Assembly (NCBI GenBank): GCA_001599295.1
Contig: BCGN01000009.1
Coordinates: 62,001-126,000, forward strand
Direction: 5' to 3'
Length of the DNA: 64,000 bases
Source of the DNA: Sporopachydermia quercuum
Lineage: Eukaryota
The notes beneath the pieces were generated by a model. That model did not search any database and was not told where the DNA came from. It saw only the letters and a list, made by a program, of their open reading frames with translations. Below, piece after piece: positions 1 to 11,239 of this stretch (within the stretch, counting starts at the first letter, position 1; every line of letters begins with the position of its first letter). The translations under genes and the position numbers were made by a program.

Positions 1-3000
1 GAAATGCTTCGGCAATTGAAGGAGATTCAGCATGAATATCCGGTATTATTTCCGGAAGAAAACGGAACCGATAGTGGAGAAGGGGAACTTGGAACCGATA
101 GCGGTGATTACGGAGACGATCTGGAAGATTTCTCTGATATTGAAATTATCGAGGAAGAACCAGCTGGTTCGGATTTAGGAAATATAAGCGAAAATCCCTC
201 CGACAAAACCCTCAAAGTAGGTAAAACGGGAAAGAATATTACTTCTGATTCCGATATTAATTCCGAAATCGATGAAAAGTTCTGTCGTGAGTTCATGGAA
301 GTCCAGAAGCTACGGGAAAATATGCTCCAGCTATTGAACAGCCGATCAAGTATTGGAGGCAACGCCGACAGAGATAGTGGAATTGATATCGGATCGTCCT
401 ATACCTCGGATCGGAATAGTGCGGAAGAAGAGCTACTAACTAAGCTGGAAGCTAAATATATCGGAACGAAACCAGCTGAACCGTCAAAAGCGAGAGTTGT
501 AACTATCGGGAGAGTAAAGCCGGAACCAGTAGTCTATTCTTCTACCGGTGTGGCTCAGCCTCGAGAACAACCAGCTTTCTTATCGGAGTTAGTGGCTAAA
601 GTTCCGTTGACGAATGCCACAACGAAATCGGAAAACATTCCATTGAGTTCCGGAAATGGTTTGCAGGCGGAATCCGGAAGCCGAACTTTAGATCCAAAAG
701 CAGGACCCGAACCGGCTGAAAGCGGAAAGAGCAACTCTACCAATGCGACACCACCTGCGCCACCATTGCCAGATTTCATTAAAATTTCTGGCTCCAATGC
801 CAGCTCTGCTACCCCTCCTCTCGCCCCNCCTCCCCTACCTCCACCAATGCCCGCCTTCTTATCATCCGCGTCAGAATTATCTACTACCCCTCTCCCACCA
901 GCACCAGCACCAGCACCACCTCCTCCTCCTCCTCCTCCTGGTTTCCTTGACTCAAGCGGATCCGCTGTTACTGCATATGTCTCATCTTCTAATACCTCTA
1001 TCCTTCCTCCCCCTCCCCCACCTCCTTTGCCCCATCCTACCAAAACTATCCCTACAAGCGTAACCTTACCTCATACCCCTCCCCTACCAACAGACATGAA
1101 GCCTCGCCCAAAACGGAAGTTGAAGCAAATGCACTGGGAAAAACTAGAAACCGTGGAAAACACTTTCTGGTCCGAATTACCCGCGGAAGCTATATCTTCC
1201 GATTTGCTCCAAAAGGGAATATTTGCAGAGGTTGAGTCTATTTTCGCAGCAAGAGAGGCTAAGAAACTAACCGGAAAGAGTAAATCTGCCGAGTCTACCA
1301 AGGTCTCCTATCTTTCACGTGATTTGTCCCAGCAGTTCGGCATAAACCTGCATAGTTTTGCATCAGTTCCAGTGGAAAAGCTTATTATGCGGATATTAAG
1401 ATGCGATAAAACCGTTATCGGAAATGTTAATCTATTAGAGTTTTTCTCCAAGCCCGAATTATGCGAGTTGACTAATACAGTTGTGCGGAGCTTTGAACCT
1501 TATAGCACTGACTATCGGAATGGAGTCAGGATAGCTTCCGGTATAGGATATAACAAATTTAGAAACGAAGATAATGGAGAAGACAACAGAAACGAAGATC
1601 TGGCAAATACCGGAAATAGTGATGGTGAAAATGTCGGAGAATATAATACTGCTGACAACGGTAATTTTGGGAATAATAGCAGTATCAGCAATATTCTAAC
1701 CACGATTAACGGAAATAATGTGGTCTACCCCGCACATTCGGCTTCCTATTCAAGTTCTTCTACCGATAAAGACCCCGAAGAATTAGATCGTCCCGACAGA
1801 ATTTACCTGGAACTATGCTACAATTTAAACCATTACTGGAAATCCCGAATGAGAGCCCTTTTAATGATTTCAACATACGAAAAGGAATACTCGGAACTGG
1901 TATCAAAACTCCGGGCTATCGATTCCGCTGTTGACGACATCCGGAATTGCGAAAGCCTTAGAACTGTGTTTGATATCATTCTAGCTGTCGGTAATTATAT
2001 GAACGATTCGTCCAAACAAGCATCAGGGTTCAAACTTGGAACTCTACAGAGATTGGTGTTTACTAAAGACGACAAAAACAGTATGACGTTTTTACATTAT
2101 GTGGAGAAAGTCATCCGAAAAGGGTATCCCAGTGAAGCGGAATTTATGACTCAATTGAGAAATATTCCCATTACCGCCAAAATCTCTGTAGAACAGGTCC
2201 AGAACGATTGTCAGGAGTTCATGCGGAATATCCGGAACATCCAGCAGTCATTAGACGTTGGAAATTTAAGTGATAGTTCTAAATTTCATCCCGACGATCG
2301 CGTTTTAGCTAAAGTTCTTCCGGTTATGCCCGAAGCTCGGAGAAAGAGTGAATTACTAGGAGATCAATTGAAAGTTACAGTGGCAGAATTCTCTAAGCTA
2401 ATGAGATATTTTGGAGAAGATGATTTAGATCCAATCTCTCGTAATGGTTTCTTTGAGAAGTTTGCATTGTTTATTGCCGAATATAAGAAAGTGGCAAAAG
2501 AGAATGCAATTAGAGAAGAAGAGCAAAGGGCATACGAAGTCCGGAAAAGGCTTATTGAGAATAATAGCAATTCCGGGGAGAATGCTGGAAAACCCGGAAA
2601 ACATAGTAATAATAATGATAGTAATTACGGAAATAATGATGGTAACCCCGATAATTCCGGAAATAATGGCATTAGGAAAACCGGAAGAGATGAAAACGAC
2701 TCCCAGGTAATGGACACTCTCTTAGAGAAACTTAAAGCCTCCGGACCAACAAAGGGAGATCCTTCCTCAGCAAGAAGAAGAGCAAGAGCAAGAAAGCACT
2801 TGTTAGAAAGTAAAAAAGGAATTCTTGATAATGATTCTTTACCTTTTGATGAAAGTAATATTGGGTATAATGAAGAATCAAGTCCTACAGCCTCAAAAGA
2901 CAATTTGCATGGATTTGGAACTGGATTAGAATTGAATTCGCCTTCAAGAATAAAAGAAAGAGGCACTGGGATTCTTGGTGATGGTAGCATTGATAATGCC

Positions 3001-3342
3001 GCTAGAGCTGACAGTGGTAATAAACATGGTGCTGGCACTGGTGATAATAGTTCAGATGATGAAGACGTTTCAGTAAGAGTTCGCAGTCTACTTAAAGGCT
3101 TAAGAGGAGAAGAAGCAGATTCAGAAATGAGTTTTAGTCCAGAAAGTCGTAATGAACAAAGAGAACATCGCAAGAACCTATTGCGAAACCAACGATTGAA
3201 AAGGCGAAACCTTTCACTGTCATTGTCTTCCTCTTCTTTGGGAATCAATGATGGTTCACCACCAGACAAAAGACCTACAAATGTGACTAGGGATTCTGAA
3301 GATAACTCTGATAATGTTGATGCTCAAACCATTGAACGATAG
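1..3342 (+). CDS. BNI1: Formin (Bni1-type), 5'-truncated by the window edge; FH1, FH2 and DAD regions
   Basis: Polyproline FH1 tracts (~745-1090); FH2 start PKRKLKQMHWEKL, LSQQFGINLH, GNYMND...GFKLGTL; DAD-like VMDTLLEKLK followed by basic SARRRA. The frame is open from position 1. Confidence 0.93.
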   Translation, partial: EMLRQLKEIQHEYPVLFPEENGTDSGEGELGTDSGDYGDDLEDFSDIEIIEEEPAGSDLGNISENPSDKTLKVGKTGKNITSDSDINSEIDEKFCREFMEVQKLRENMLQLLNSRSSIGGNADRDSGIDIGSSYTSDRNSAEEELLTKLEAKYIGTKPAEPSKARVVTIGRVKPEPVVYSSTGVAQPREQPAFLSELVAKVPLTNATTKSENIPLSSGNGLQAESGSRTLDPKAGPEPAESGKSNSTNATPPAPPLPDFIKISGSNASSATPPLAXPPLPPPMPAFLSSASELSTTPLPPAPAPAPPPPPPPPGFLDSSGSAVTAYVSSSNTSILPPPPPPPLPHPTKTIPTSVTLPHTPPLPTDMKPRPKRKLKQMHWEKLETVENTFWSELPAEAISSDLLQKGIFAEVESIFAAREAKKLTGKSKSAESTKVSYLSRDLSQQFGINLHSFASVPVEKLIMRILRCDKTVIGNVNLLEFFSKPELCELTNTVVRSFEPYSTDYRNGVRIASGIGYNKFRNEDNGEDNRNEDLANTGNSDGENVGEYNTADNGNFGNNSSISNILTTINGNNVVYPAHSASYSSSSTDKDPEELDRPDRIYLELCYNLNHYWKSRMRALLMISTYEKEYSELVSKLRAIDSAVDDIRNCESLRTVFDIILAVGNYMNDSSKQASGFKLGTLQRLVFTKDDKNSMTFLHYVEKVIRKGYPSEAEFMTQLRNIPITAKISVEQVQNDCQEFMRNIRNIQQSLDVGNLSDSSKFHPDDRVLAKVLPVMPEARRKSELLGDQLKVTVAEFSKLMRYFGEDDLDPISRNGFFEKFALFIAEYKKVAKENAIREEEQRAYEVRKRLIENNSNSGENAGKPGKHSNNNDSNYGNNDGNPDNSGNNGIRKTGRDENDSQVMDTLLEKLKASGPTKGDPSSARRRARARKHLLESKKGILDNDSLPFDESNIGYNEESSPTASKDNLHGFGTGLELNSPSRIKERGTGILGDGSIDNAARADSGNKHGAGTGDNSSDDEDVSVRVRSLLKGLRGEEADSEMSFSPESRNEQREHRKNLLRNQRLKRRNLSLSLSSSSLGINDGSPPDKRPTNVTRDSEDNSDNVDAQTIER

Positions 3343-4579
3343 TGAGATTAACCAGGAATAAAGAAAAGAGGAAAGGGAAAACATAATCAAATCAGGATTA
3401 AAACAGTGAAGATCAATGAAACTTGATTGAACAGTGATTTCGTGATAACTGTTGGTAGAATAATACAAAAACTCACACTTCTAATAGTATACGTCTGATT
3501 GAGGTGTTAGGAACCTGAAGAGAAGAAGAACAAGAATTCCGGCAATTAAATAATGAATAATTGTTGTGATAAATATCTATTCTCGTCATTTATCTGCATG
3601 ATAAAATGAATTTAGTATAAGAATGTTACTTGTAGTAGGAAACCGGATATTTTAGTAAACATCGGAAACTATAATTCCATTATCTCCGAAATATGTGTCA
3701 CGTAATTTAAGGCAATTTAAATTTTTATATGATACACCTCGATAAGCATTTTGAACAGTAGGCTCATTTAATGAGTTCAAAGTTAAAGGGACCAAGAAGG
3801 GAAAAATCAAATGAAATCTGACTTGAGTTTTTGGCTGCTTTAGATACCCAAAACCCAATTTACTCCTTCCTCTTTCTTTATCTCCCCTGATGTCAAGTTC
3901 TTTTCCAGTATTCACTAAGCCAATCCATTTCTATATTACATAATCAAATAAAAACACCACTTTCAACGATTTCCCAAAAATCACACCACTGTGGGTGGTT
4001 CGAAAGACTACAACTAATTGTCTCCGGTGATTCCAAACATTAGTTCCGAATTATTAAGACATATATACAACTAACAGATCATTGATATTCAGTACCTTTC
4101 TCTCTTATAACTACAAATATTTCCCCTGTTACACTTCTTCATTTTCCCAAAATCACACTTCCTCCCTTTTACTAGAACACTCGTTTATCACCGGTATATT
4201 GTCAATCTCATTACTTGAACACCTCACGTCTCATCCTATATTTTGGAGATCTTGTCTTCACCTACCTTCACTTTTCGTCCTATTGTATCCGGTATTTTCA
4301 TAGCCTTCTTTCTTATTTGCTTTCATAAAACAATTGTCTCTTTTCCTTATCAAACACCAGTAATCTCATCGTAAGCTACACATATTTTATAAGTTTGCAT
4401 AAAAACTTTTCTAGAGCCAATCATTGTTTTTTCATTGTTTCTTTGTTGCATTGTCTACGAGTTCCACCCAGAAAGCGCCTACCGAAATTCATTTACCTCC
4501 AGGTCAGTTCACAAATCACATAATCCATCTCGAAGTGATCCAATACGCATCTCCATTGGATCTTTTGCAGAGGATCAAA

Positions 4580-6490
4580 ATGGGCAGAAGTGATGTTCTT
4601 TCCCGAGCAGAAGTCGAAGATCTAATAGCAAATGGTAATATTATAACGATATATAAGCAGAAAGTTCTCAAGCTTGACAACTGGATTGAAAAACATCCCG
4701 GTGGTGATAAAGCTGTATACCATTTGGTAGGACAAGATGCTACAGAGATTATGGATGCTTATCACTGTCCTGAAACTAAAAGGAAGTTTCTTGGTTTTCA
4801 AATCGGTGTGATTGACGGAAAGTGGATGAATTTTAGACCTCCTATTCAAGGCGGAGTGTTCAGAACCAAAGAAGTGCAGAGAAAAGAGAAAGCACGTGGA
4901 TTCGACGATGAATTTCCGCTGAGTCATAGTAACGATAGAATAACAGAAGAGATACTTGCGGAGATGGCAGAAAAGAGGTGCAAACTGCGAAATCGGGCAA
5001 ATCTGGTAAATGATGGAAATAATAACCTTGGATTGCCGAAGAATGCCGGAAACTTTTCTTCTGCTAGTAAAAGCGGCTCTGAAACCTCTGGAAGTCCTGA
5101 AAGCCTGGAAACCTCGTTTGATTCTGACAATATCAGCATCGAATGTATTGCCAGCTCGGACACGTCTGCTTCGGACATTGATATAATCGTTGTAGACTCT
5201 GCAGCTTCTACCGTCGGCAGCACCAGCACCAGCACCAAGAACGTCGACCCAACTCCTGGCCAATCAAAGGCAATTTTCGACCCGCAAATCGTTCTGTCTC
5301 CCACCCTGCAAAATGAAACCCTTTCTCTACAAATATACGAGGAAAACCTGAAAAGAAAAGACCTGGAATCCTTTCCGAGCTTGGATTACACTTCCCAGGA
5401 GCTGCTCATAAAGGAGTACAATGTTCTAGAAGAGAAAATTCAGTTTATGGATCTTTATAAATGCGATTATTGGGGTTATTTTCGTGAAGCCTGCAGAATA
5501 TGCTCATTATTCCTATTCTCAGCATCTGCCTTCAAATCTGACCATTTGTTCTTCTCTGCTTTCTGTATGGGAGCCGCCTGGCAGCAGATGACGTTCATAG
5601 CTCACGACGCGGGCCATGTAGCCATTACGCATAACTATGAGATAGATAACACGGTTGGGATGCTAATTGCTGATTTCTTTGGTGGATTATCATTAGGATG
5701 GTGGAAAAGGAACCATAATGTGCATCATATCATCACCAATGATCCAATAAATGATCCTGATATTCAGCATTTACCCTTTTTCGCAGTATCAACAAAACTC
5801 TTTGGCGATGTGTACTCTACATATTATGAGAAGACATTGTGGTATGATGCAGCTGCTAAATGGTTTATTCCTATTCAGAATTATACATATTATGTGATTC
5901 TTTGCTTTGGGAGGTTTAATCTTTATAGGTTGTCATGGGAGCATTTAATTAAAGGATTAGGACCCAGGAAAGGGAAAGCAGCTTGGTTTCGGTACATGGA
6001 GCTTTTCGGATTATCATTTTTCTTTTACTGGTTTTTCTATTTGGTAGTTGGGTCATTAGATAGCTGGAAGGCAAGAATTGAGTATATTTTAGTATCACAT
6101 GTTACTACAATGCTCGTTCATGTTCAGATTACGCTATCGCATTTTGCAATGTCGACCGCGGATCTCGGAGTGAGCGAATCGTTTCCGCAAAGACAATTGA
6201 GAACAACAATGGATGTGGATTGTCCCGATTGGTTTGATTTTATTCACGGGGGGCTCCAGTTCCAAGCCGTGCATCATTTGTTCCCGCGGATGCCGAGACA
6301 TAATTTCCGGTCGGCACAGCCTTTGGTGATTGAATTCTGCGAGAAAGTAGGTTTAGAGTATTGTATATATGGATTTGCGAAAGGGAATGCTACTGTTATT
6401 GGGAAGTTGAGAGAGATAGCCAATCAGGCAGTTATACTGTCAGAATGTATTAAGACTATGAAGCAGGAAGAGCTGTTGACTCCAATGTGA
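4580..6490 (+). CDS. SLD1: Delta-8 sphingolipid desaturase (cytochrome b5 fusion, front-end desaturase)
   Basis: HPGG cytochrome b5 motif; His boxes HDAGH, HNVHH, QAVHH. First in-frame ATG is at 4580 (the ORF track starts at a TTG). Confidence 0.92.
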   Translation: MGRSDVLSRAEVEDLIANGNIITIYKQKVLKLDNWIEKHPGGDKAVYHLVGQDATEIMDAYHCPETKRKFLGFQIGVIDGKWMNFRPPIQGGVFRTKEVQRKEKARGFDDEFPLSHSNDRITEEILAEMAEKRCKLRNRANLVNDGNNNLGLPKNAGNFSSASKSGSETSGSPESLETSFDSDNISIECIASSDTSASDIDIIVVDSAASTVGSTSTSTKNVDPTPGQSKAIFDPQIVLSPTLQNETLSLQIYEENLKRKDLESFPSLDYTSQELLIKEYNVLEEKIQFMDLYKCDYWGYFREACRICSLFLFSASAFKSDHLFFSAFCMGAAWQQMTFIAHDAGHVAITHNYEIDNTVGMLIADFFGGLSLGWWKRNHNVHHIITNDPINDPDIQHLPFFAVSTKLFGDVYSTYYEKTLWYDAAAKWFIPIQNYTYYVILCFGRFNLYRLSWEHLIKGLGPRKGKAAWFRYMELFGLSFFFYWFFYLVVGSLDSWKARIEYILVSHVTTMLVHVQITLSHFAMSTADLGVSESFPQRQLRTTMDVDCPDWFDFIHGGLQFQAVHHLFPRMPRHNFRSAQPLVIEFCEKVGLEYCIYGFAKGNATVIGKLREIANQAVILSECIKTMKQEELLTPM

Positions 6491-7777
6491 GATTTGGGCT
6501 GATTTGACTGATTTGGATATTCAAAGAGAAATTTTAAGGTGAAAACAGGTTATTTCTGTCGTATATTAGTCGATACTGCTGGATTTGGTGGATTTACTGA
6601 TCCGAACTGATGTTTAATTGATTAGATGACCTGAACAGTACTAGTTTATTATTGATTACGTAATTATTTAGTCCCTGAGTTTGGGTAATTGAGAGATAGG
6701 ATGGAATAGAAAAAGGAATTAGAACAAAGGTTAGTAATACTGGATATTGGCTTATTCCTAGGGGTACTGGAAGAAAGATTTTATTTTAACAAGGACGTTA
6801 CTTGTTATTCTCATTGGATTAATACTAGATATTTGCATTAGAGAGATGTGTACTGTGTCTTGTAGGACAGAATATAGAATAATGCAAGAGTATGCAGGCG
6901 TATGCAGGTTTTAATTTATCATGTGGGAGCTAATTTCGAAGTTAACGTCAAACTATGATTTCATAATAACCTTACTTAAGGTAGCATTACCTAGAGAGCC
7001 TGTCGCATGGAAATTTGGCTATAATTATTAGAATAGCGACTTATGTTTCCCATACTTTTAAGACATAAATACCTCGCATTTGTAAATAATCAAACTGAAA
7101 GCAACTCCTTTTAGCAGCAGATAGCCCCAAATTTTCATAACCCTAACATAAGATAAACTCTCATCATGCCAGAAAGAGAGAAAGTCAATTAAAGTTAAGC
7201 TGTTCTATTTCTTACTTACATGTCTGGCTAAACTCAATTACCACATCTACAGCATCCTTGCATACAACCTTATAGCTTTCACATGTAGATACATTTTCCT
7301 CCTTCTCCAACTGCCAAAACATCCGTCTTAGTTTTGACACCTTCTTATCCTCTTTATTATCATTGGATTACTATCAATTGCTGTATGTTTATTCGTAATT
7401 CACCACTGATAACTCAACAAAATATTCACTGGAAACTGCCAAACGTCTCTTGAACATTTTGATGTATTTCTTTCACTCTTTAGCGTTTGTTTGCTAATGT
7501 TATCTCTGTCCTTCCTGTCTCTTGCATTTCATAACTGAACTTGTGATTGGACATACATTACCAAGACATTTGACAGCAGAATCCTTTGAAATACTTAAAC
7601 TTTTCTGCTATACAAGCTAATCATTGCTATCTTGAATCTTATGGTAACTTTTTGAAATTATATATGCTCTCAGAAGCTTATACCAAGTACCATTTTCCTC
7701 TACATATTCTCATTCTCATATACAGCTACTACATCTATTCGCCAGTATAGATTATCGATTTCTGCGATTCTTCTGAA

Positions 7778-9013
7778 ATGGATCCTTTACAAGAAACATC
7801 GTCTCCTTCACCATCATTGCGCCCAGTTTTAAGCCCTGAAAGCCCCGGTGGATCAGAACCAACCGTTAAGACATCTTTCGTGACCGCCAGATCCTTTTCT
7901 CCTAAACCAAGCAACGATTCAAACAGCAACTCTGCTTTGGTCAATTTCGAACAGTACGCCAGCAACAGCGATAGCGGCTACAATAATAATAATAATAACA
8001 ACACATTGGCTAATATTTCAAACGAACCGAAACTATTGAGCCCGAATTTCGACCGCGGCAGAGTTGCATCTTTTTCTGAAGCCATCGGCGAAACATTCTC
8101 ATCCATTAGAAAATCACTTGCTGGTGAATTGTTTGACGATATTTCCGCTGAAGATAACGCAGCTACCTTTGCTGAAACTGAATATAGTAGCAATAACTTC
8201 AACACTAACCCCAACACAACTTCCCCTCCTACAACTGCTGAAAACCCAAACGCAATGCCCAAACGTCGATTCGGTAAGAAACTATTCTCATTCTCCTCTC
8301 CAAAAGTCCAGCCAGAGGCTCAAGAACCTCATCAGAACTTCTGGGATTATGATCAACTAGATGAAATAGAATTGATAGGATACTATCAAACGACCAAACG
8401 ACGGCTTATGAGTAAAGAATTAAGCAATGAATTACGAGATAAACTACCGCCATTGTTAAGGCTGCATTCTACCTGGCATTTATGCTATAGTTTAGAACAG
8501 CATGGAGCTTCATTATTGACGCTGTATGACAAATGTGCAGTGCTAGTTAAAGGGCAAACTACAGGTTATATTGTATGTCTAACTGATACTAAAGGCACTA
8601 TTTTTGGTGGGTTTTCCAACGAGCCTTTTCATATAGTAGAGTCCAAGAGATACTATGGAGATAGTTCGTGTTTCCTATGGTCTTTCAGGTATTTGGATAC
8701 CGACAGGAGTAGGAAAAGTACCAATGATGATAATAGTAGCAACAATGAGAATGAAGAAAAGCCTTACCAATTCAAAGCTTTCATGTATGGTGGGAATAAA
8801 AACAACTCACTGAACAGTCCCATTCCGTTATGCGTGTTCTCTACTAGTAAATACTTATCAATGGGAACCGGTGGTGGTGCCTATGGTTTATGGATGGATG
8901 ATAGGCTAGAGAAAGGTGTTAGCCAAAGATGTGAAACGTTTGGAAATGAGCCATTAAGTGCTGTTGGTGAGAAGTTTGATATTATTAATGTAGAGGTATG
9001 GAGGGTTAATTAG
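7778..9013 (+). CDS. OXR1: Oxidation resistance protein 1 (TLDc domain)
   Basis: WHLCYSLEQHGASLLTLY, IFGGFSNE, YYGDSSCFLW, GLWMDDRLEKGVSQRCETFGNEPLS, FDIINVEVWRV. Confidence 0.92.
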   Translation: MDPLQETSSPSPSLRPVLSPESPGGSEPTVKTSFVTARSFSPKPSNDSNSNSALVNFEQYASNSDSGYNNNNNNNTLANISNEPKLLSPNFDRGRVASFSEAIGETFSSIRKSLAGELFDDISAEDNAATFAETEYSSNNFNTNPNTTSPPTTAENPNAMPKRRFGKKLFSFSSPKVQPEAQEPHQNFWDYDQLDEIELIGYYQTTKRRLMSKELSNELRDKLPPLLRLHSTWHLCYSLEQHGASLLTLYDKCAVLVKGQTTGYIVCLTDTKGTIFGGFSNEPFHIVESKRYYGDSSCFLWSFRYLDTDRSRKSTNDDNSSNNENEEKPYQFKAFMYGGNKNNSLNSPIPLCVFSTSKYLSMGTGGGAYGLWMDDRLEKGVSQRCETFGNEPLSAVGEKFDIINVEVWRVN

Positions 9014-10902
9014 AAAGAGAGGGAATGAGGGAATGAAGAAAGAAGAATGAGCATAGTGATCTTCGGTGATAGAATCCAAGGTTTAATGTTTGTCGACTGA
9101 TTACTAATTGATTGGCTGATTAGCTGACTGACTAATTGACTATTTATATAAGGATAGATGACATTGATAAATCTTTTCCTTTACCAAGAAGGAGGCTTTT
9201 CTGTATTAACTATGATCTTCAACAGCCTATAGCCAGTCATTCCCTAGAATTAGGCTCTATTGATACTGAAATGAACTATTAAATAGTTGTCTTTCAGCCT
9301 CTCTTTTGTTATCATTTGCGCTCCAATAAGATCCATATTCAATAACTATTTCATCTTAAATACATTGAGTTCAATACAAACACAATCGCGTTACCGCTCT
9401 ATTATGATAACCGTTGATCACCTGTCCAAACTACTGTTAAACTGCTACGCATCAACCCTGCTGTCATGTAACATTTGCATAATCCTGTCTTCAGTTTAAC
9501 TTTAATCTGTTTTTAAGTTAAACTCAAAAATAAGCTCTAACCCTAATTGTCTTCTTAAACTAATATCATTTCAAGGTTAAACCTTATTCAGACACTGTCC
9601 TCAAGAGCTTCGCACTTAGTAGAACGTGAATCTCTGGTTTATTTTTAAATTAATTACATAAAATGCTCAAGCTAAAAAATGAGGATCTCTTGTGTTATGT
9701 TGATACATATCAATGGCTAATTCATATGTGTATTGTATGTGAAATTGAACACCATAGTGTTCTTCCCGTGTCCCCCGACTCTCATAAATAACCAAAAGCT
9801 TGACTGGAGCTCGGAGTAAGGATTGGCGTGGATACTCATGAAAAGTGTCCCAAGGTTCCTTACCTTCACTTCATCAACAATAATTCAAGCTGAGCAAAGC
9901 AGAAAGTGAAAGAACCACACTTTAGATTCCTGCAAGCACGGTTCGTTGATCGAGTGAACCTCATCAATCCTACCCTTTATATCATATTCATAACGACGAA
10001 AGCTTGAAGTTATTTTATCTATAAAACTGGAAACGGAGACATAAAAATAGGATCAAATATCCAAATTAAAGCAAGAAATGCGGTTCAGATGCTGAAATCA
10101 TCCAGTCAATTTTGATGGCCAGATAAACATGTCTAACCGTTCTGGTCAGTCGTAATGTTTGATTTGATAGCGATGAACCATTGCACAGATATTGGACAAT
10201 AACCAAATTCTTTAAGAGACATTCAACAACGAAATCCCAGTTTTGTTTGATTTGGGAGCCTTTTGCATTAATTTCATCAACTAGTAATGCTGGGTCGTGG
10301 GATTGCCGATATTTGATAATGACAATTGAACCTCATCGTCGGGTCATTGTCATTGATTGTGTGCAGGAGCCGTTCTCGTTCCAAGCCTACTCAATTGATT
10401 AAAAATCTCTTTCTTCCATCCTGGCAATAATCGAAGAAGTATCATAATGACATTGTTTTTGCAAGGACCCAAAATAAAAGAGATCACACCATCACGTATG
10501 CTGATCTGCTGGCTCGTGAAGGTACATCTTTCTCTGGCCAAAAAGCCCATAAAGCTCATCAAATACCGGGACCCTTCCTCAAGATGGGGCAGCTCTTGCT
10601 GATTTGAACACTAAGAAGGGTTTCGGCAAGTTCTCTGATACTTCCCCAGTTCATAAGCTCAGATATCAGTTCAGGTGTAGGCGAATAACTGATACCCACA
10701 TCAAGAGCAACCACTTGATCAGGATTTCTCACTCTGTCGTCTACATTTGGTAGAAAATAAAATGGGGTCTCGTTATACCTGCCTGTGAAATATGGTGGCG
10801 AAGGGCTGATGGTCGTTCATGTCTATAGGATTTCCCATTCGTTTCTTTTGTATCCGTTCCTTTTTGCTCCCTTTTCTGTTTCTTCAAGGAAACATCCGTT
10901 CT

Positions 10903-11239
10903 TGACAGTACCTATTGGTATTGAAACAGACATCTACGATATTTGACGACATATTCAGATATCGTAGATATCTCTTGACTCAAGAGAACGGGAAACTACC
11001 ATCGCCAAAAGGTATTAATGAGTTAGCAGATATGTTTAGAAAGAGTAATGAGAGTCCCAGCACTGTTATATTAGTACTGGATTAATTGTATCATCTAATC
11101 ACCAGAGACCAGAACCCTCTAACCTTTTCTCGTGGGCCGTCCAGCCTAATTCCATTCTGACATTAATTGGTATTGCTACTGCTCTTGCTTTAACTGTTAG
11201 GTTTCTTCCTACCTCCTTAAGTCTGACAGTACCTATTGG
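10903..11239. repeat. Perfect 16-bp direct repeat TGACAGTACCTATTGG (10903-10918 and 11224-11239) flanking the CDC6 fragment; probable target-site duplication
   Basis: Exact 16/16 match read directly; it brackets the CDC6-similar segment. Confidence 0.9.
10919..11223 (+). pseudogene. CDC6: Internal fragment of a CDC6/Cdc18 AAA+ ATPase gene (Walker B to sensor-1 region), inactivated
   Basis: Translates to (V)LKQTSTIFDDIF...STVILVLD*LYHLITRDQ, then after a frameshift NLFSWAVQPNSILTLIGIATALALTVRFLP..LKS. This matches the Cdc6 pattern VLVLDEhDhLhTRDQ..LFxW...NSxLxLIGIANALDLTDRFLPRLKS. A TAA at 11083-11085 replaces the Walker B Glu. Confidence 0.85.

Noticed and set aside
3990..4010. GGTTCGAA T-loop-like words here and at ~19855 and ~53733, considered as tRNA genes
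   Set aside because: No cloverleaf stems or A-box in the flanking sequence.
4372..4570. Possible 5'-UTR intron in SLD1 (GTAAGC ... TTTTGCAG just before the ATG)
   Set aside because: No CTAAC-type branch point near the AG, so it is unsupported without transcripts.
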